DNA from: Smithella sp.
GTDB lineage: Bacteria > Desulfobacterota > Syntrophia > Syntrophales > Smithellaceae
Direction of reading: 5' to 3'
Length of the DNA stretch: 64,000 nt
Assembly (NCBI GenBank): GCA_049523355.1
Contig: JBEKMY010000005.1
Coordinates: forward strand, 28,148-92,147
Below the pieces are notes generated by a model, which saw only the letters and a program-made list of their open reading frames with translations, had not been told where the DNA came from and did not search any database. Shown one piece after another: positions 44,613-54,181 of this stretch (the stretch's first letter is position 1; each line of letters starts with the position of its first letter). The translations under genes and the position numbers were made by a program.

Positions 44613-46778
44613 TTGCGTAAATCCTATGATTTGGAGAGCACAGTGGACAATAAAAACAGATACGATATTAAATACCTGTTTGAACCTCAAAGCATTGCCG
44701 TTATCGGCGCTTCACAGGACAAAAAGAAGATCGGCTATGCCATATTTAACAATATAATTTCCGGCGGATATAAGGGGAAAGTATTCCCCATAAGTCCTAA
44801 GGGCGGCGATATTGACGGGCATAAAGTATTTACTGATGTTCTGGAAGTCCCGGATGATATTGATTGCGCGTCAATTGTGATTCCGTCGGGTCTTGTAAAG
44901 AACGCGGTAAAAAACTGCGCTCAAAAGAAAGTCAAATTCATTCAGATCATAACTTCCGGATTTTCAGAGATTGGAAATGTCCGGGAAGAAAACGAGATTG
45001 CTGAAATTGCCAAAGCAGCGGGAACGCGCATCGTGGGCCCGAATATGTTTGGTCTCTACTCCTCGGCAGCGTCGCTAAACGCCACTTTCTCCGCTGACAG
45101 AATAAATCCGGGCCATGTTGCCATACTCACGCAAAGCGGCGCGCTGGGAATCGCGATGATCGCAAAAAGCTCCATTGCCAACATGGGACTTTCCACCATC
45201 ATCTCGATCGGGAACAAATGCGATGTTGATGAAGCCGACCTTCTTGATTATCTCATCCATAATGACAATACAAAAGTTATTTTTATATATATTGAAGGCG
45301 TAAAGAAGGGGGAGCGGCTGATCGAAACCCTAAAGGCTGCCACCGGTAAAAAACCTGTTATCGTCATAAAGTCTGGAAAATCGAAAAGAGGAGCACAGGC
45401 CGCCGCTTCGCACACGGGATCGCTGGCGGGCTCGGATGAAATATTCGATGCTATCATGAAACAGTGCGGGGTACTCCGGGCCGAATGCCTTGGGGACGCA
45501 TTCAACTGGTGCCAATTCATGATTTCGACCACTGCTCCCAAAAACTACAACAGCGTGATAGTGACGAACGGAGGAGGCGTAGGGGTTATGGCTACCGACG
45601 CGTGCGAAAAGTACGGAGTTCCATTATATGATAATCAATCCGCGTTAAAGAACCTCTATGATGCTGTTACACCTTCGTTCGGATCAACAAAAAATCCTAT
45701 CGATCTTACAGGAACGGCCGACGCGACGGATTACACGCGCGCCCTTTCAATCGCGGCCGAGTCCGGAGAAATGGGTTCCACAATCGGGCTTTACTGCGAA
45801 ACAGCGATTATGGATTCCAGTAATCTCTCTCAGATGATAACCGATACTTACACGATCCATAAGAAAAGCGGCAAATCCATCAGCTATGCTCTGATTGGCG
45901 GTGCGCAGGTTGAAGGCGCTATAGAGTCTCTGAGAACCGCCAGCATTCCTGTTTTTAACGATGTGGAGCAGGCCGTGTCGTGCATCGGAGCATTCTATAG
46001 ATACTACAAATATATCGATGAAGTATCTTATAAATTTGATGAATACGAAGTAGACGTAATGGCGATCAATAAGATTATAGACGGAGCATTAAAGGACGGG
46101 AGAACCTTTTTTCTTGCAAACGAGGGAGCGGCTTTAATGCGGATTGCGGGCATTGCAATTCCGCAAAGCAGAATCGCACATAATATAGACGAGGCGGTGA
46201 AGTTCGCCGAAGAGATCGGATACCCGGTCGTGATGAAGATTGTATCGAAAGACATTTTACATAAGAGCGATGCGGGCGGGGTTTTACTGGACATTGATAA
46301 CAAAAAGGAAGTTATTGATGGTTATGAAGTGATCATGCATAAATGCAGGGAGTATAAAACCAACGCTGTTATTGAGGGCATTGAAGTCACCGAGATGGCA
46401 AAGAAGGGCGTTGAGCTTATTGTCGGCGCGAGGAGAGATCCGTCATTCGGCCCGGTCGTCATGTGCGGGCTCGGAGGCATTTATGTGGAAGTAATGAAGG
46501 ATATATCGTTTCGGGCTATCCCCATAAACCGCGGCACCGCGCTTTCCATGCTCGAAGAAATCAGATCTTATCCGTTGCTTCTCGGCGCGAGAGGAGAGGA
46601 GAAGAAGGACATTGAGGCTGTTATAGATATAATCATTAAAATAAGTTCCATTATTAAAAAATGTGAAAGGATTACTGATATAGAAATAAATCCTGTAGTT
46701 GTGTATGATATTAAAAACGGCCTCAAGGCTTTAGACGCGAGGATTTTGATTAGCAAACCGAAGGAGAATATACAATGA
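44613..46778 (+). CDS. ADP-forming acyl/acetyl-CoA synthetase (fused alpha-beta; CoA-binding, succinyl-CoA-synthetase-like and ATP-grasp domains)
   Basis: LFEPQSIAVIGAS is the CoA-binding Rossmann fold. GPNMFG...SQSGALG are ligase-CoA motifs. The C-terminal ATP-grasp reads GYPVVMKIVS.DILHKSDAGGV. The likely true start is GTG 44643, 5 nt after GGAGAG. Confidence 0.85.
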   Translation: MRKSYDLESTVDNKNRYDIKYLFEPQSIAVIGASQDKKKIGYAIFNNIISGGYKGKVFPISPKGGDIDGHKVFTDVLEVPDDIDCASIVIPSGLVKNAVKNCAQKKVKFIQIITSGFSEIGNVREENEIAEIAKAAGTRIVGPNMFGLYSSAASLNATFSADRINPGHVAILTQSGALGIAMIAKSSIANMGLSTIISIGNKCDVDEADLLDYLIHNDNTKVIFIYIEGVKKGERLIETLKAATGKKPVIVIKSGKSKRGAQAAASHTGSLAGSDEIFDAIMKQCGVLRAECLGDAFNWCQFMISTTAPKNYNSVIVTNGGGVGVMATDACEKYGVPLYDNQSALKNLYDAVTPSFGSTKNPIDLTGTADATDYTRALSIAAESGEMGSTIGLYCETAIMDSSNLSQMITDTYTIHKKSGKSISYALIGGAQVEGAIESLRTASIPVFNDVEQAVSCIGAFYRYYKYIDEVSYKFDEYEVDVMAINKIIDGALKDGRTFFLANEGAALMRIAGIAIPQSRIAHNIDEAVKFAEEIGYPVVMKIVSKDILHKSDAGGVLLDIDNKKEVIDGYEVIMHKCREYKTNAVIEGIEVTEMAKKGVELIVGARRDPSFGPVVMCGLGGIYVEVMKDISFRAIPINRGTALSMLEEIRSYPLLLGARGEEKKDIEAVIDIIIKISSIIKKCERITDIEINPVVVYDIKNGLKALDARILISKPKENIQ

Positions 46779-47842
46779 AAAAAATAGTTGTTTCTTCAAT
46801 CAGAAGCAATGCCGGCAAAACAAGCATCATCGCGGGAATAATCTCTTCGCAAAAAGATAAGAAATTCGCTTACGCCAAGCCGTTGGGTGACAGATTGATC
46901 TATCGCAGAAAACGAAGCTGGGATTACGACGCGAGTTTAATGGTCAGTCTTCTTGAGCGCGAAGGCGAATTGGAAAGCCACTATGAGAAGATTACGCTCG
47001 GCTTTGACCATTCCAAACTAAGATACATGTACGATCAGGAAGGTATAAAGACAGCTCTTTCCGATATCGTAACAAATATCGGAGGCAAAAACGATGTGCT
47101 CCTTATTGAAGGCGGAAAAGACTTTTCGTGCGGAGCGTACGTCAATCTTGATCCGGTATCCATTGCAAAATATATTGACGGCACGCTCGTAATTGTCGTG
47201 AGCGGCGACAACGATTCCATTATTGATGATATCAAATTCATTGAAAAATATATGAAGATAATAGACGCCGATTTCGGCGGCGTTATCATCAACAAGGTAA
47301 CCGATGTTGAAGCATTTGAGAATTTCTTTGCACCGAGTATAAAAGAGATGGGCATTAATATTATCGGCGTTATCCCTTATGAAGCGCAATTAACCTACTT
47401 TACGCTTGATTTTCTGGCGGAAAAGCTCTTCGCCAGAGTGCTTACCGGTGAAGAACACCTTAAAAAAGTCGTTAAGAGTATAATCATCGGCGCACCGTCC
47501 GATACCTGCCCTGATACTGATCCGCTTTTTACCAAACAGTGCGTAAGCAGGGAAAATCAATTGATGATAACCGGCGGCGAAAGAAGCGATATGATACTTG
47601 CGGCTCTGGAACGGGACACCATCGGTATTATACTCACCAACGATATCGTTCCGCATCATCATATCATTTCCAGAGCTAAAGAGAAAGGCATACCTATCCT
47701 TCTTGTAAACATGGACACGTTCATAACCGCCAAGACTATTGACGATATGGAAGCTCTGCTCAAAAAAGACGATACGGAGAAAATTGAGCTTTTGTCTGAG
47801 TTGATTGAAAAATATACGCGTATAAAAGACTTCCTGACATAG
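46775..47842 (+). CDS. Pta-N-terminal-like protein (P-loop/BioD-like domain plus DRTGG domain) without a phosphotransacetylase catalytic domain
   Basis: The N-terminus is MKKIVVSSIRSNAGKTSIIAGI. The DRTGG-type motif is LMITGGERSDMILAAL...IGIILTN. The start overlaps the upstream stop (ATGA). Confidence 0.65.
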   Translation: MKKIVVSSIRSNAGKTSIIAGIISSQKDKKFAYAKPLGDRLIYRRKRSWDYDASLMVSLLEREGELESHYEKITLGFDHSKLRYMYDQEGIKTALSDIVTNIGGKNDVLLIEGGKDFSCGAYVNLDPVSIAKYIDGTLVIVVSGDNDSIIDDIKFIEKYMKIIDADFGGVIINKVTDVEAFENFFAPSIKEMGINIIGVIPYEAQLTYFTLDFLAEKLFARVLTGEEHLKKVVKSIIIGAPSDTCPDTDPLFTKQCVSRENQLMITGGERSDMILAALERDTIGIILTNDIVPHHHIISRAKEKGIPILLVNMDTFITAKTIDDMEALLKKDDTEKIELLSELIEKYTRIKDFLT

Positions 47843-47889
47843 ATGACCGGCAACCCTGCAAGATAAATCCACCAAGAATACCCGATATT

Positions 47890-48891
47890 TTATTCTTTAA
47901 CCAGCGTCCATGTTTTATCGGGATTGTACAATTTCATCTTCTGAACTTTTTTTACCGTGTCTGGTCCGAGATTCTTCTCGTAAACCTTTCCCTGTTGATT
48001 GACAATAAAAGTCATCACCCCCGATTTGCCCCAGTTCGAGGGAAATGCCACCAACGCAAATCCTCCAACCATGTTGCCATTTATGATGTAATTATAGCTG
48101 CCCCCCGGCACTTTCTTTCCCTGTGCTGTCAGTATCTTGAAATAATAGCCATGAAAAGGCGATGGTTCGGATTCCTTGAAAGCAGCCCTATTCTTTTTGT
48201 AGCCCTCATGCCACGCCTGTGCCACAAGCTCACCAAGGGGACTCCTTTCCTGGCCCGGCCTGGATCTCCAGAAAAGACCATTCCTCTTACCGGGATCGCT
48301 CCGTAGTTTCTGCGCATACGCAAATATACCGTCGCCATCCCAGTCCTTAAGCACATACTCGCGCTGCGCCTTGACGTAGACGTGGCAGACCAGAATGGCC
48401 GTAAGTTCATTTTCCCCGATGCGGCGGTTTAGAATCTCTTCTTTACCTGCCTGGGTATCGAAGAACCATTTATCATCATGTTTTACTATGGGAACGGGAA
48501 ACGGCCAATTCTCTTTGCCGATGTGAAGGATCACTTTCGAATCATTTTCTCTTACAAGATTGCTGTTCTCATCGAGGTGTTTGGCAAATTCAACAAATTC
48601 GTCAGCATCCTGCACTTCATCGCCAGAACGAAGGTCTTTCCCATATGGCCCGAATATCTGATCCAGCATGATTTTGTCATTTGCCTTAACAGCTTCTGTA
48701 AGCGCTTTTACGGCATCTTCGGGGGATAAGAACAGTTTCTGTGACGGTGCGGCGACTGCCGGCATATTCCATGTAAAAATCAACATCCCTATTACAAAAA
48801 GCGCAGCCATAAAAATCATTCTGCGCAATGAATGAAACGCTGAATTTTGCTGAATTGTCTTTGTCATATTTTCCTTCCTTTCCTTACTCAT
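47890..48891 (-). CDS. Secreted DUF2950-like protein
   Basis: It has a signal anchor followed by ...FLSPEDAVKALTEAVKANDKIMLDQIFGP... Pairing with a DUF3300 gene is the usual arrangement as I recall it. Confidence 0.55.
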   Translation of the reverse strand: MSKERKENMTKTIQQNSAFHSLRRMIFMAALFVIGMLIFTWNMPAVAAPSQKLFLSPEDAVKALTEAVKANDKIMLDQIFGPYGKDLRSGDEVQDADEFVEFAKHLDENSNLVRENDSKVILHIGKENWPFPVPIVKHDDKWFFDTQAGKEEILNRRIGENELTAILVCHVYVKAQREYVLKDWDGDGIFAYAQKLRSDPGKRNGLFWRSRPGQERSPLGELVAQAWHEGYKKNRAAFKESEPSPFHGYYFKILTAQGKKVPGGSYNYIINGNMVGGFALVAFPSNWGKSGVMTFIVNQQGKVYEKNLGPDTVKKVQKMKLYNPDKTWTLVKE

Positions 48892-48923
48892 TTATTCCGA
48901 GTTATCAGAAAATATAGTCTGTA

Positions 48924-50213
48924 TCACCGGTGCGATTTATCTCCGCCATTTCCCCTGGCCGCGGGAGCATTGCCTCCAGAGCCGCCTCCCCTTTCAGGAG
49001 CGCTTCTCTGTGCAGCAGGGGGAGTAGGGGGAGTATAGGAAGAACGCACCCTTTCGCTGCTCTGGCGACTGGTCTGGCCGCGGAGACTCTGTCCCGCGGC
49101 TTCACTGGCTTCTCTGTAACCGCCAAAGGTGACCGATGGTGTTCTGGGAGACCGGACAACCGCGCGGGCAGGACTGGTTTGCTGAGTTGGTCTGCTGACA
49201 CCGGGAGGTTGTTGTTCCGGCTGTTTATTGACATTCGGGATCGTTATGACCGGTTGTTTCCTGATATCCTGAGGAGTCGTCGCCAATTTTGAAGAACCGA
49301 AACCCTTTGGCAAAGACACGGCCGGCGCTGTTTTTACAGACCTCCCTCTGATTTCGGTCATCCGCGACTTCATACCCGCGCCGGTACTGACACCGGGGTG
49401 CGCCACCCGGAAGCTTTCAGGATTGCCGTGCGACGCATTGTGCTTCCAATTAGCGTTTATGTAAGCTTTGTTTTTGTTAATCGTTTCATTTCTCATATGG
49501 ACATAAGGTCTTGCGTGATTTACCCAACCGGGGCGGTTCCAGCCATGATAAATAATATGGTGGTGGCTCCAGTCAAAGTCCATGGTCAACCAGTCTCCGA
49601 TTATCAGACCGGGTCCAAACGTAATGAAAGGCGCTTCGTCAGAATCCCATCCCTGGGCATAGACATCTGAAGGATCATAAGACGGAATGTTGACATACTG
49701 CGGCTGGGCAGGAATGATCTCAATATAATCTCCCACAATTATTATAGTCTGCCAATTGTTACTTTCCAGATTGCCAGCGTTTCGGGCCTCCCATCTGAGC
49801 CTCTGGATGGACGCGGTTACATCTTCCGGCTGATTAAGAAAAGCATCTCCTATATCGGCGGTCCAGTCCCCATACTCAGTCATCATCTTCAGAATATCAG
49901 GATAGTGGGCAATAGCCTTGACGGAGTCGTCCCAGTTCTGCGTATCAATTTCTGATATCGCCCCGCCGCTTGTTTGCCAGTCATACGCGTCGGCAATTTC
50001 CTGCGGATACGTGGAAGCCGGCAGCATCTGGGCCAACAGAGGGTCAGGATAGAGGGCAATCGACGCGAAAAGGTTATCAAGTTCCTGATCAGTAAATAAT
50101 GGCGGAGATGCGGTGTATTGGTCATCGGCTAGAACATTAATTGACCCAAGAGTCAAAAGGAGAACAACAAAAATAAACAGACAATTTTTTATGCCGTTCC
50201 TCATCATAGTCAA
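48924..50213 (-). CDS. Secreted DUF3300-like protein with a Pro/Gly/Arg/Ser-rich C-terminal tail
   Basis: It has a signal peptide and the motif FTDQELDNLFASIALYPDPLLAQMLPASTYPQEIADA, characteristic of DUF3300. Confidence 0.65.
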   Translation of the reverse strand: MTMMRNGIKNCLFIFVVLLLTLGSINVLADDQYTASPPLFTDQELDNLFASIALYPDPLLAQMLPASTYPQEIADAYDWQTSGGAISEIDTQNWDDSVKAIAHYPDILKMMTEYGDWTADIGDAFLNQPEDVTASIQRLRWEARNAGNLESNNWQTIIIVGDYIEIIPAQPQYVNIPSYDPSDVYAQGWDSDEAPFITFGPGLIIGDWLTMDFDWSHHHIIYHGWNRPGWVNHARPYVHMRNETINKNKAYINANWKHNASHGNPESFRVAHPGVSTGAGMKSRMTEIRGRSVKTAPAVSLPKGFGSSKLATTPQDIRKQPVITIPNVNKQPEQQPPGVSRPTQQTSPARAVVRSPRTPSVTFGGYREASEAAGQSLRGQTSRQSSERVRSSYTPPTPPAAQRSAPERGGGSGGNAPAARGNGGDKSHR

Positions 50214-50281
50214 AACTCCTTCCTCCTTTTGCCTGGAGATTCCTCGTATATATCAGTTGCTCCTGAAAACAATTATGTCAA

Positions 50282-50309
50282 ATTATAGAACATCCGGAAA
50301 CAAAGTCAA
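50282..50309 (-). promoter_or_regulatory. Near-consensus sigma70 promoter for the DUF3300-DUF2950 pair
   Basis: The reverse complement reads TTGACTttgtttccggatgttcTATAAT (16-nt spacer), about 70 nt upstream of the start. An AAGGAGGAAGGAG RBS follows. Confidence 0.55.
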
Positions 50310-50529
50310 CCGGTATTAAATAAGAAAACGCAAACAGGATACTTCTTTCCTCACCATTTGAGTACGCAGAAAGTATCCTGTTTGTTCATACGTCTTTTGG
50401 GCCAAGTTGCAGTCAAAGGATGAGCTTCGGCAATAAGGAGGCTTGGGAAGGCGCATTACTGATACGTCTTGAGGACGTCAGCGACGCTGCCAGCAAAGTT
50501 AGCCAAAGGCTGCGGCTCGGTATTAGTTT

Positions 50530-51315
50530 TTACGACGCTGATAATCCACCATCCACGGGGAAAATACCGCCGGTAACGTAATTGGAAGCCCTGGATGCCA
50601 AAAAGACAGCCAGTCCCTTTATATCGTCCTCTTCTCCATACATCTTGAGCGGAATCGCGTTAACAGTCAAATCAAGGATTGGTTTCATTTCCGGCTTGAA
50701 CAAATGAGCCATCATATCGGTCTTGAAAAATCCAGGCGCTATACAGTTTACATAAATCTTGTACCGGGCTAATTTAGCAGCGAGCGTCTTGGTTAAACCC
50801 TCCACTGCGAACTTGGAAGGATTATAGGCCACGGCCGGATGCTCTTCTTCATTGGAACCGCGCGAACCGTAGATCGAAGAAACATTGATCATCTTGCCTC
50901 CGCCTTTTTCCTTCATGATCCGGGCAACCAACTGAGATAAAATCCAGACACCCCTGATATTGATGTCGAATACCTTTTCCCATTTATCCAGCGGGAAATC
51001 CAGCGTGGGCGCGCCCCAGGTAAATCCGGCATTGTTGACTAATATATCAATCGTGCCAAATTTATCCATGGTAGCCTTGACCAGATTTTCAATATCTTCC
51101 TTCTTGGCCAAATCGCACTTAACCGCCAGAGCCTTGATGCCCAACTTTTCGAGTTCCTGCACTTCTTTTTCCAGGTTCTCCAGCTTGCGTGAAGCAATCA
51201 CCAGATTAGAACCGGCTTCAGCCAGACCGGCAGCCATAAATTTACCAATGCCTCTTCCGCCGCCTGTAACGATGGCAACCTTGCCTTTTAAATCAAACAA
51301 ATCCTTTATATTCAT
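50530..51315 (-). CDS. Short-chain dehydrogenase/reductase (FabG/gluconate-5-dehydrogenase-like)
   Basis: Motifs are VTGGGRGIGKFMA, NNAG and Y..SK (YNPSKFAV). Confidence 0.85.
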   Translation of the reverse strand: MNIKDLFDLKGKVAIVTGGGRGIGKFMAAGLAEAGSNLVIASRKLENLEKEVQELEKLGIKALAVKCDLAKKEDIENLVKATMDKFGTIDILVNNAGFTWGAPTLDFPLDKWEKVFDINIRGVWILSQLVARIMKEKGGGKMINVSSIYGSRGSNEEEHPAVAYNPSKFAVEGLTKTLAAKLARYKIYVNCIAPGFFKTDMMAHLFKPEMKPILDLTVNAIPLKMYGEEDDIKGLAVFLASRASNYVTGGIFPVDGGLSAS

Positions 51316-51667
51316 TTTAAACTCCTTATGAAATGTAGTTATATCAATTCTGAATCAAAACGTTATTTTTGTTAGTATCGTTGTCAGCTCCTCGAACACG
51401 TATGCCATACGACCCATTGCCCGGAGCCTTGCTTAAGCAATATCATCTTTAATTTAGAAATGGTATTGGTATTTAGTTGCCCCATAAGTTTCAAACTTCG
51501 GAGGGTCTGTTTCTTAAGTGTCTGCTGTTTTTTAGAATTAATCGGAACTTCTTTTTCCATGGTAAGCATTTGAAGAGTAATTTTATGTATTTTAAAAAAT
51601 ATATATCAAAACATATGAGGGAATTTGCTAATGATCAATGGTATTCCCCAAAATTTACGGGATGATT

Positions 51668-51943
51668 CTATTCATCCTCACGATTAGCCGGAACAACCAG
51701 ATGGATATGACGCCTTGCGAGCATTAGAACGGGGGTGCTCCAGTCACGTCCGGATCCGTCAAGAGCGTTCAGTTCAGCATTCGCGAGCATGAGAAACTCT
51801 TGATCCTGACGGTTCAGGTAGTCGGAAAGATGGCTGCGATAACCCTCCAGAGGCAACGTTATGTCACCCTCTACCCTGTAACGGTCAGTCTCAACCACAA
51901 CTCTTTGATGTCTCACTTCTACGGCGGGCATCAGAGGCGCCAC
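51668..51943 (-). CDS. Hypothetical 91-aa protein
   Basis: The ORF has locally higher GC content. I can place no motif in it. Confidence 0.4.
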   Translation of the reverse strand: MAPLMPAVEVRHQRVVVETDRYRVEGDITLPLEGYRSHLSDYLNRQDQEFLMLANAELNALDGSGRDWSTPVLMLARRHIHLVVPANREDE

Positions 51944-52052
51944 CCCGGAAGAATTGCAGGTCCGTTATTAACCGATGAAAAAAAGACCGCTTGTTTGATA
52001 ACATATTGGTTATTCATGGCTAAAGTATAAAAAATTAGGACTTATATGTCAA

Positions 52053-52094
52053 TGAAATATTTATGGCGTGAAATATTTATGGCGAAATTATGGC
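52053..52094. repeat. Perfect tandem 16-mer (TGAAATATTTATGGCG x2) plus a partial third unit
   Basis: Positions 52053-52068 equal 52069-52084, followed by AAATTATGGC. The repeat is intergenic, ~110 nt upstream of the 91-aa ORF on the minus strand. Confidence 0.8.
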
Positions 52095-52282
52095 ATTCTG
52101 TATTGTTCATTGATATCAAGTTACGCGCAAACTGCCGCCTGACAGATGTCAGTTCGCAGTAGGATAAGAACTGTTTTTATCGCGTTCCTTTTGGGGTCGC
52201 GCCCGGATCAATGGATAACGATGCTTTAGGAAGGAGGTTCGGGCATCAGATAATTTGTCGTAATTTTATCATGAATAAATAA

Positions 52283-52311
52283 AAGGGGCGCGGCATAATC
52301 CGCAACCCCTT
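52283..52311 (-). terminator. Intrinsic terminator candidate downstream of the porin gene
   Basis: AAGGGGCGCGG...CCGCAACCCCTT forms the stem. On the minus strand it is followed by TTATTTATTCAT. Confidence 0.45.
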
Positions 52312-52422
52312 TAATTTCACCGGTATTTCATCGTCTATAATATTTCTATCAACCCGAATATTTCCCCGGAGGATCACTCCCCCGGGGTTTGAAGCTAACC
52401 ACTGGCAGTAACTTGCTTGCTC

Positions 52423-53913
52423 TTAGAAAGAAAGAGTAAGTTTGTTGATGATCATGAAATCATCGGTAACTTTGGCACCGCCGGCAAAGGCAGTATTCAT
52501 GCCCTTGAAATAATCACCGGCGAAGAAATAACCTGCGCCCAGCATATAGGACAGGTTGTTGGTGATTTTGTAAGTGCCGGTAACATCCATTTCCGTACCA
52601 TAGGTCTTGCCGGGAAAAGTGGCGACTGTGGTCGGACCTGTTGCAACAAATCCGTTCTGATCAGCCTCTGCGTAAGAAATTGAAGCCATGATATCCAACT
52701 GAGGAGTGGGTTTTACACCGCCCCTTAACTGACCGAACCACGCATTCATCATTTCGCCGTCAATCGGGTTGACATATGCGGAGCCGGGTCCATAGATGGC
52801 GCTGTGACCATATATGCCACCTGCCCAGTAGCCCAGGGTTTGAGTGTTGAACATAATCAAGCAGGGATTCCAATCCACACCGCCGCTAAATGGAGAAACT
52901 CCGCCTTCGAGTTTGCTGCCAAAGTCACTGGGATTTTGGCCCTCGACGTATGCAAAAGAGCCGCCGACATAGAATGTGCCGAAGTTCGCTGTGGCATCGA
53001 CAAATGCGGAAAGCGAACTTATGTTAATTGTATTACCACCGGCAAAGCCGGGACCGCCGTCAGCTTTCATAGCGTCACCAAACCAATACAGAGCTTCCGC
53101 CTGCAGAGCGACAGGACCAATCTTGGCCTTAACATAAGGGTCAATCACGTAAACATTTTGCAGGTAACCGTATGGAAATGGTGTAGTGGTAGCCCTATTT
53201 GTCGCGTTACGGGTCAAGAGGAAGAGAAGACCTGCCTCGCCGCCCTTGAAGTTATAAATACTTCCTATACGGTAAGAATTTGAGTCTGCATCGGTAAGGT
53301 ATCCATTGTTATAGATAGTCGAACTATAGGAACCGGCGGTAACAGCACTATAGCGTTGAGATACTTCTTTGCCATAATCAAACCCAAATAAAAATGGTCC
53401 AACCGGAACCATATACAGGATCTGGCCTGCGGGAGTTCCAGAGCCGAAGTCTGCCCACACTGTTCCCCATACATAATCCTCCTGGTAACCAATCCTGAAG
53501 AGGCCGACTGGTGAAGTGTACTCAATATATCCCAGTCTCATGGCGATGTTTTCGGTTTCCGCCCTTGTTCCCGCGGACTCGTTAAACATATAGTCCTGGT
53601 TTACTCCCCATGTATTGGACCTTGCTCCGCCCCAGATTCTTTCCATCGCGTCAAACTGGGTTACCAGTTTCAAGCAGGGAGATACAACAAAATCCGTGCC
53701 TACGCGCAGTCTCTGGAAAAAGAACGCTGTGCTGGGATTCTCTGATCCGGTTCTCCCAACCCAATTCTGGAAACCATCATCTAGTGAAATTTTATTTAAA
53801 TACAATCCGCCGACATAATATTCGGCCCCAACTTTAACGTCAACCGCGAAGGCTGACGCACTGAAGGCCATGACCAGCCCCAGCGACAACAATACCAACA
53901 AAAATCTCTTCAT
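52423..53913 (-). CDS. Outer-membrane beta-barrel protein (porin-like, ~496 aa)
   Basis: The start is chosen at ATG 53913, after GGAGGAaaaaa. The signal peptide is MKRFLLVLLSLGLVMAFSASAFA|VD. The sequence is Gly/Tyr/Asn-rich with alternating hydrophobicity and ends in the aromatic ...NKLTLSF*. Confidence 0.75.
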   Translation of the reverse strand: MKRFLLVLLSLGLVMAFSASAFAVDVKVGAEYYVGGLYLNKISLDDGFQNWVGRTGSENPSTAFFFQRLRVGTDFVVSPCLKLVTQFDAMERIWGGARSNTWGVNQDYMFNESAGTRAETENIAMRLGYIEYTSPVGLFRIGYQEDYVWGTVWADFGSGTPAGQILYMVPVGPFLFGFDYGKEVSQRYSAVTAGSYSSTIYNNGYLTDADSNSYRIGSIYNFKGGEAGLLFLLTRNATNRATTTPFPYGYLQNVYVIDPYVKAKIGPVALQAEALYWFGDAMKADGGPGFAGGNTINISSLSAFVDATANFGTFYVGGSFAYVEGQNPSDFGSKLEGGVSPFSGGVDWNPCLIMFNTQTLGYWAGGIYGHSAIYGPGSAYVNPIDGEMMNAWFGQLRGGVKPTPQLDIMASISYAEADQNGFVATGPTTVATFPGKTYGTEMDVTGTYKITNNLSYMLGAGYFFAGDYFKGMNTAFAGGAKVTDDFMIINKLTLSF

Positions 53914-54181
53914 TTTTTCCTCCTCATCATTCATAAGGTTAGAAATAATCACGTCTTTTTCTCATCATGAGCATTGAGCGAAAAAGACAACACTTCACCG
54001 TCTCCGTAAATCGGCATTTTCCCCAATCCTGATTGCACGATGCACGGTCTTAAAACTTTTATGATCTGGTCAGACTAGATTAGATTACTTTTTCCAATGG
54101 CTTTTACTCGACCCTCCTGTATTTCTTTTTCTTACAGCATTCATTTCTTTGATAACCCCACACAGATTTTCCCGTGGGACT

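Noticed and set aside
52053-52094. A possible CRISPR-like array
   Set aside because: There are only two and a half 16-nt units with no spacers and no cas genes. This is a simple tandem repeat.
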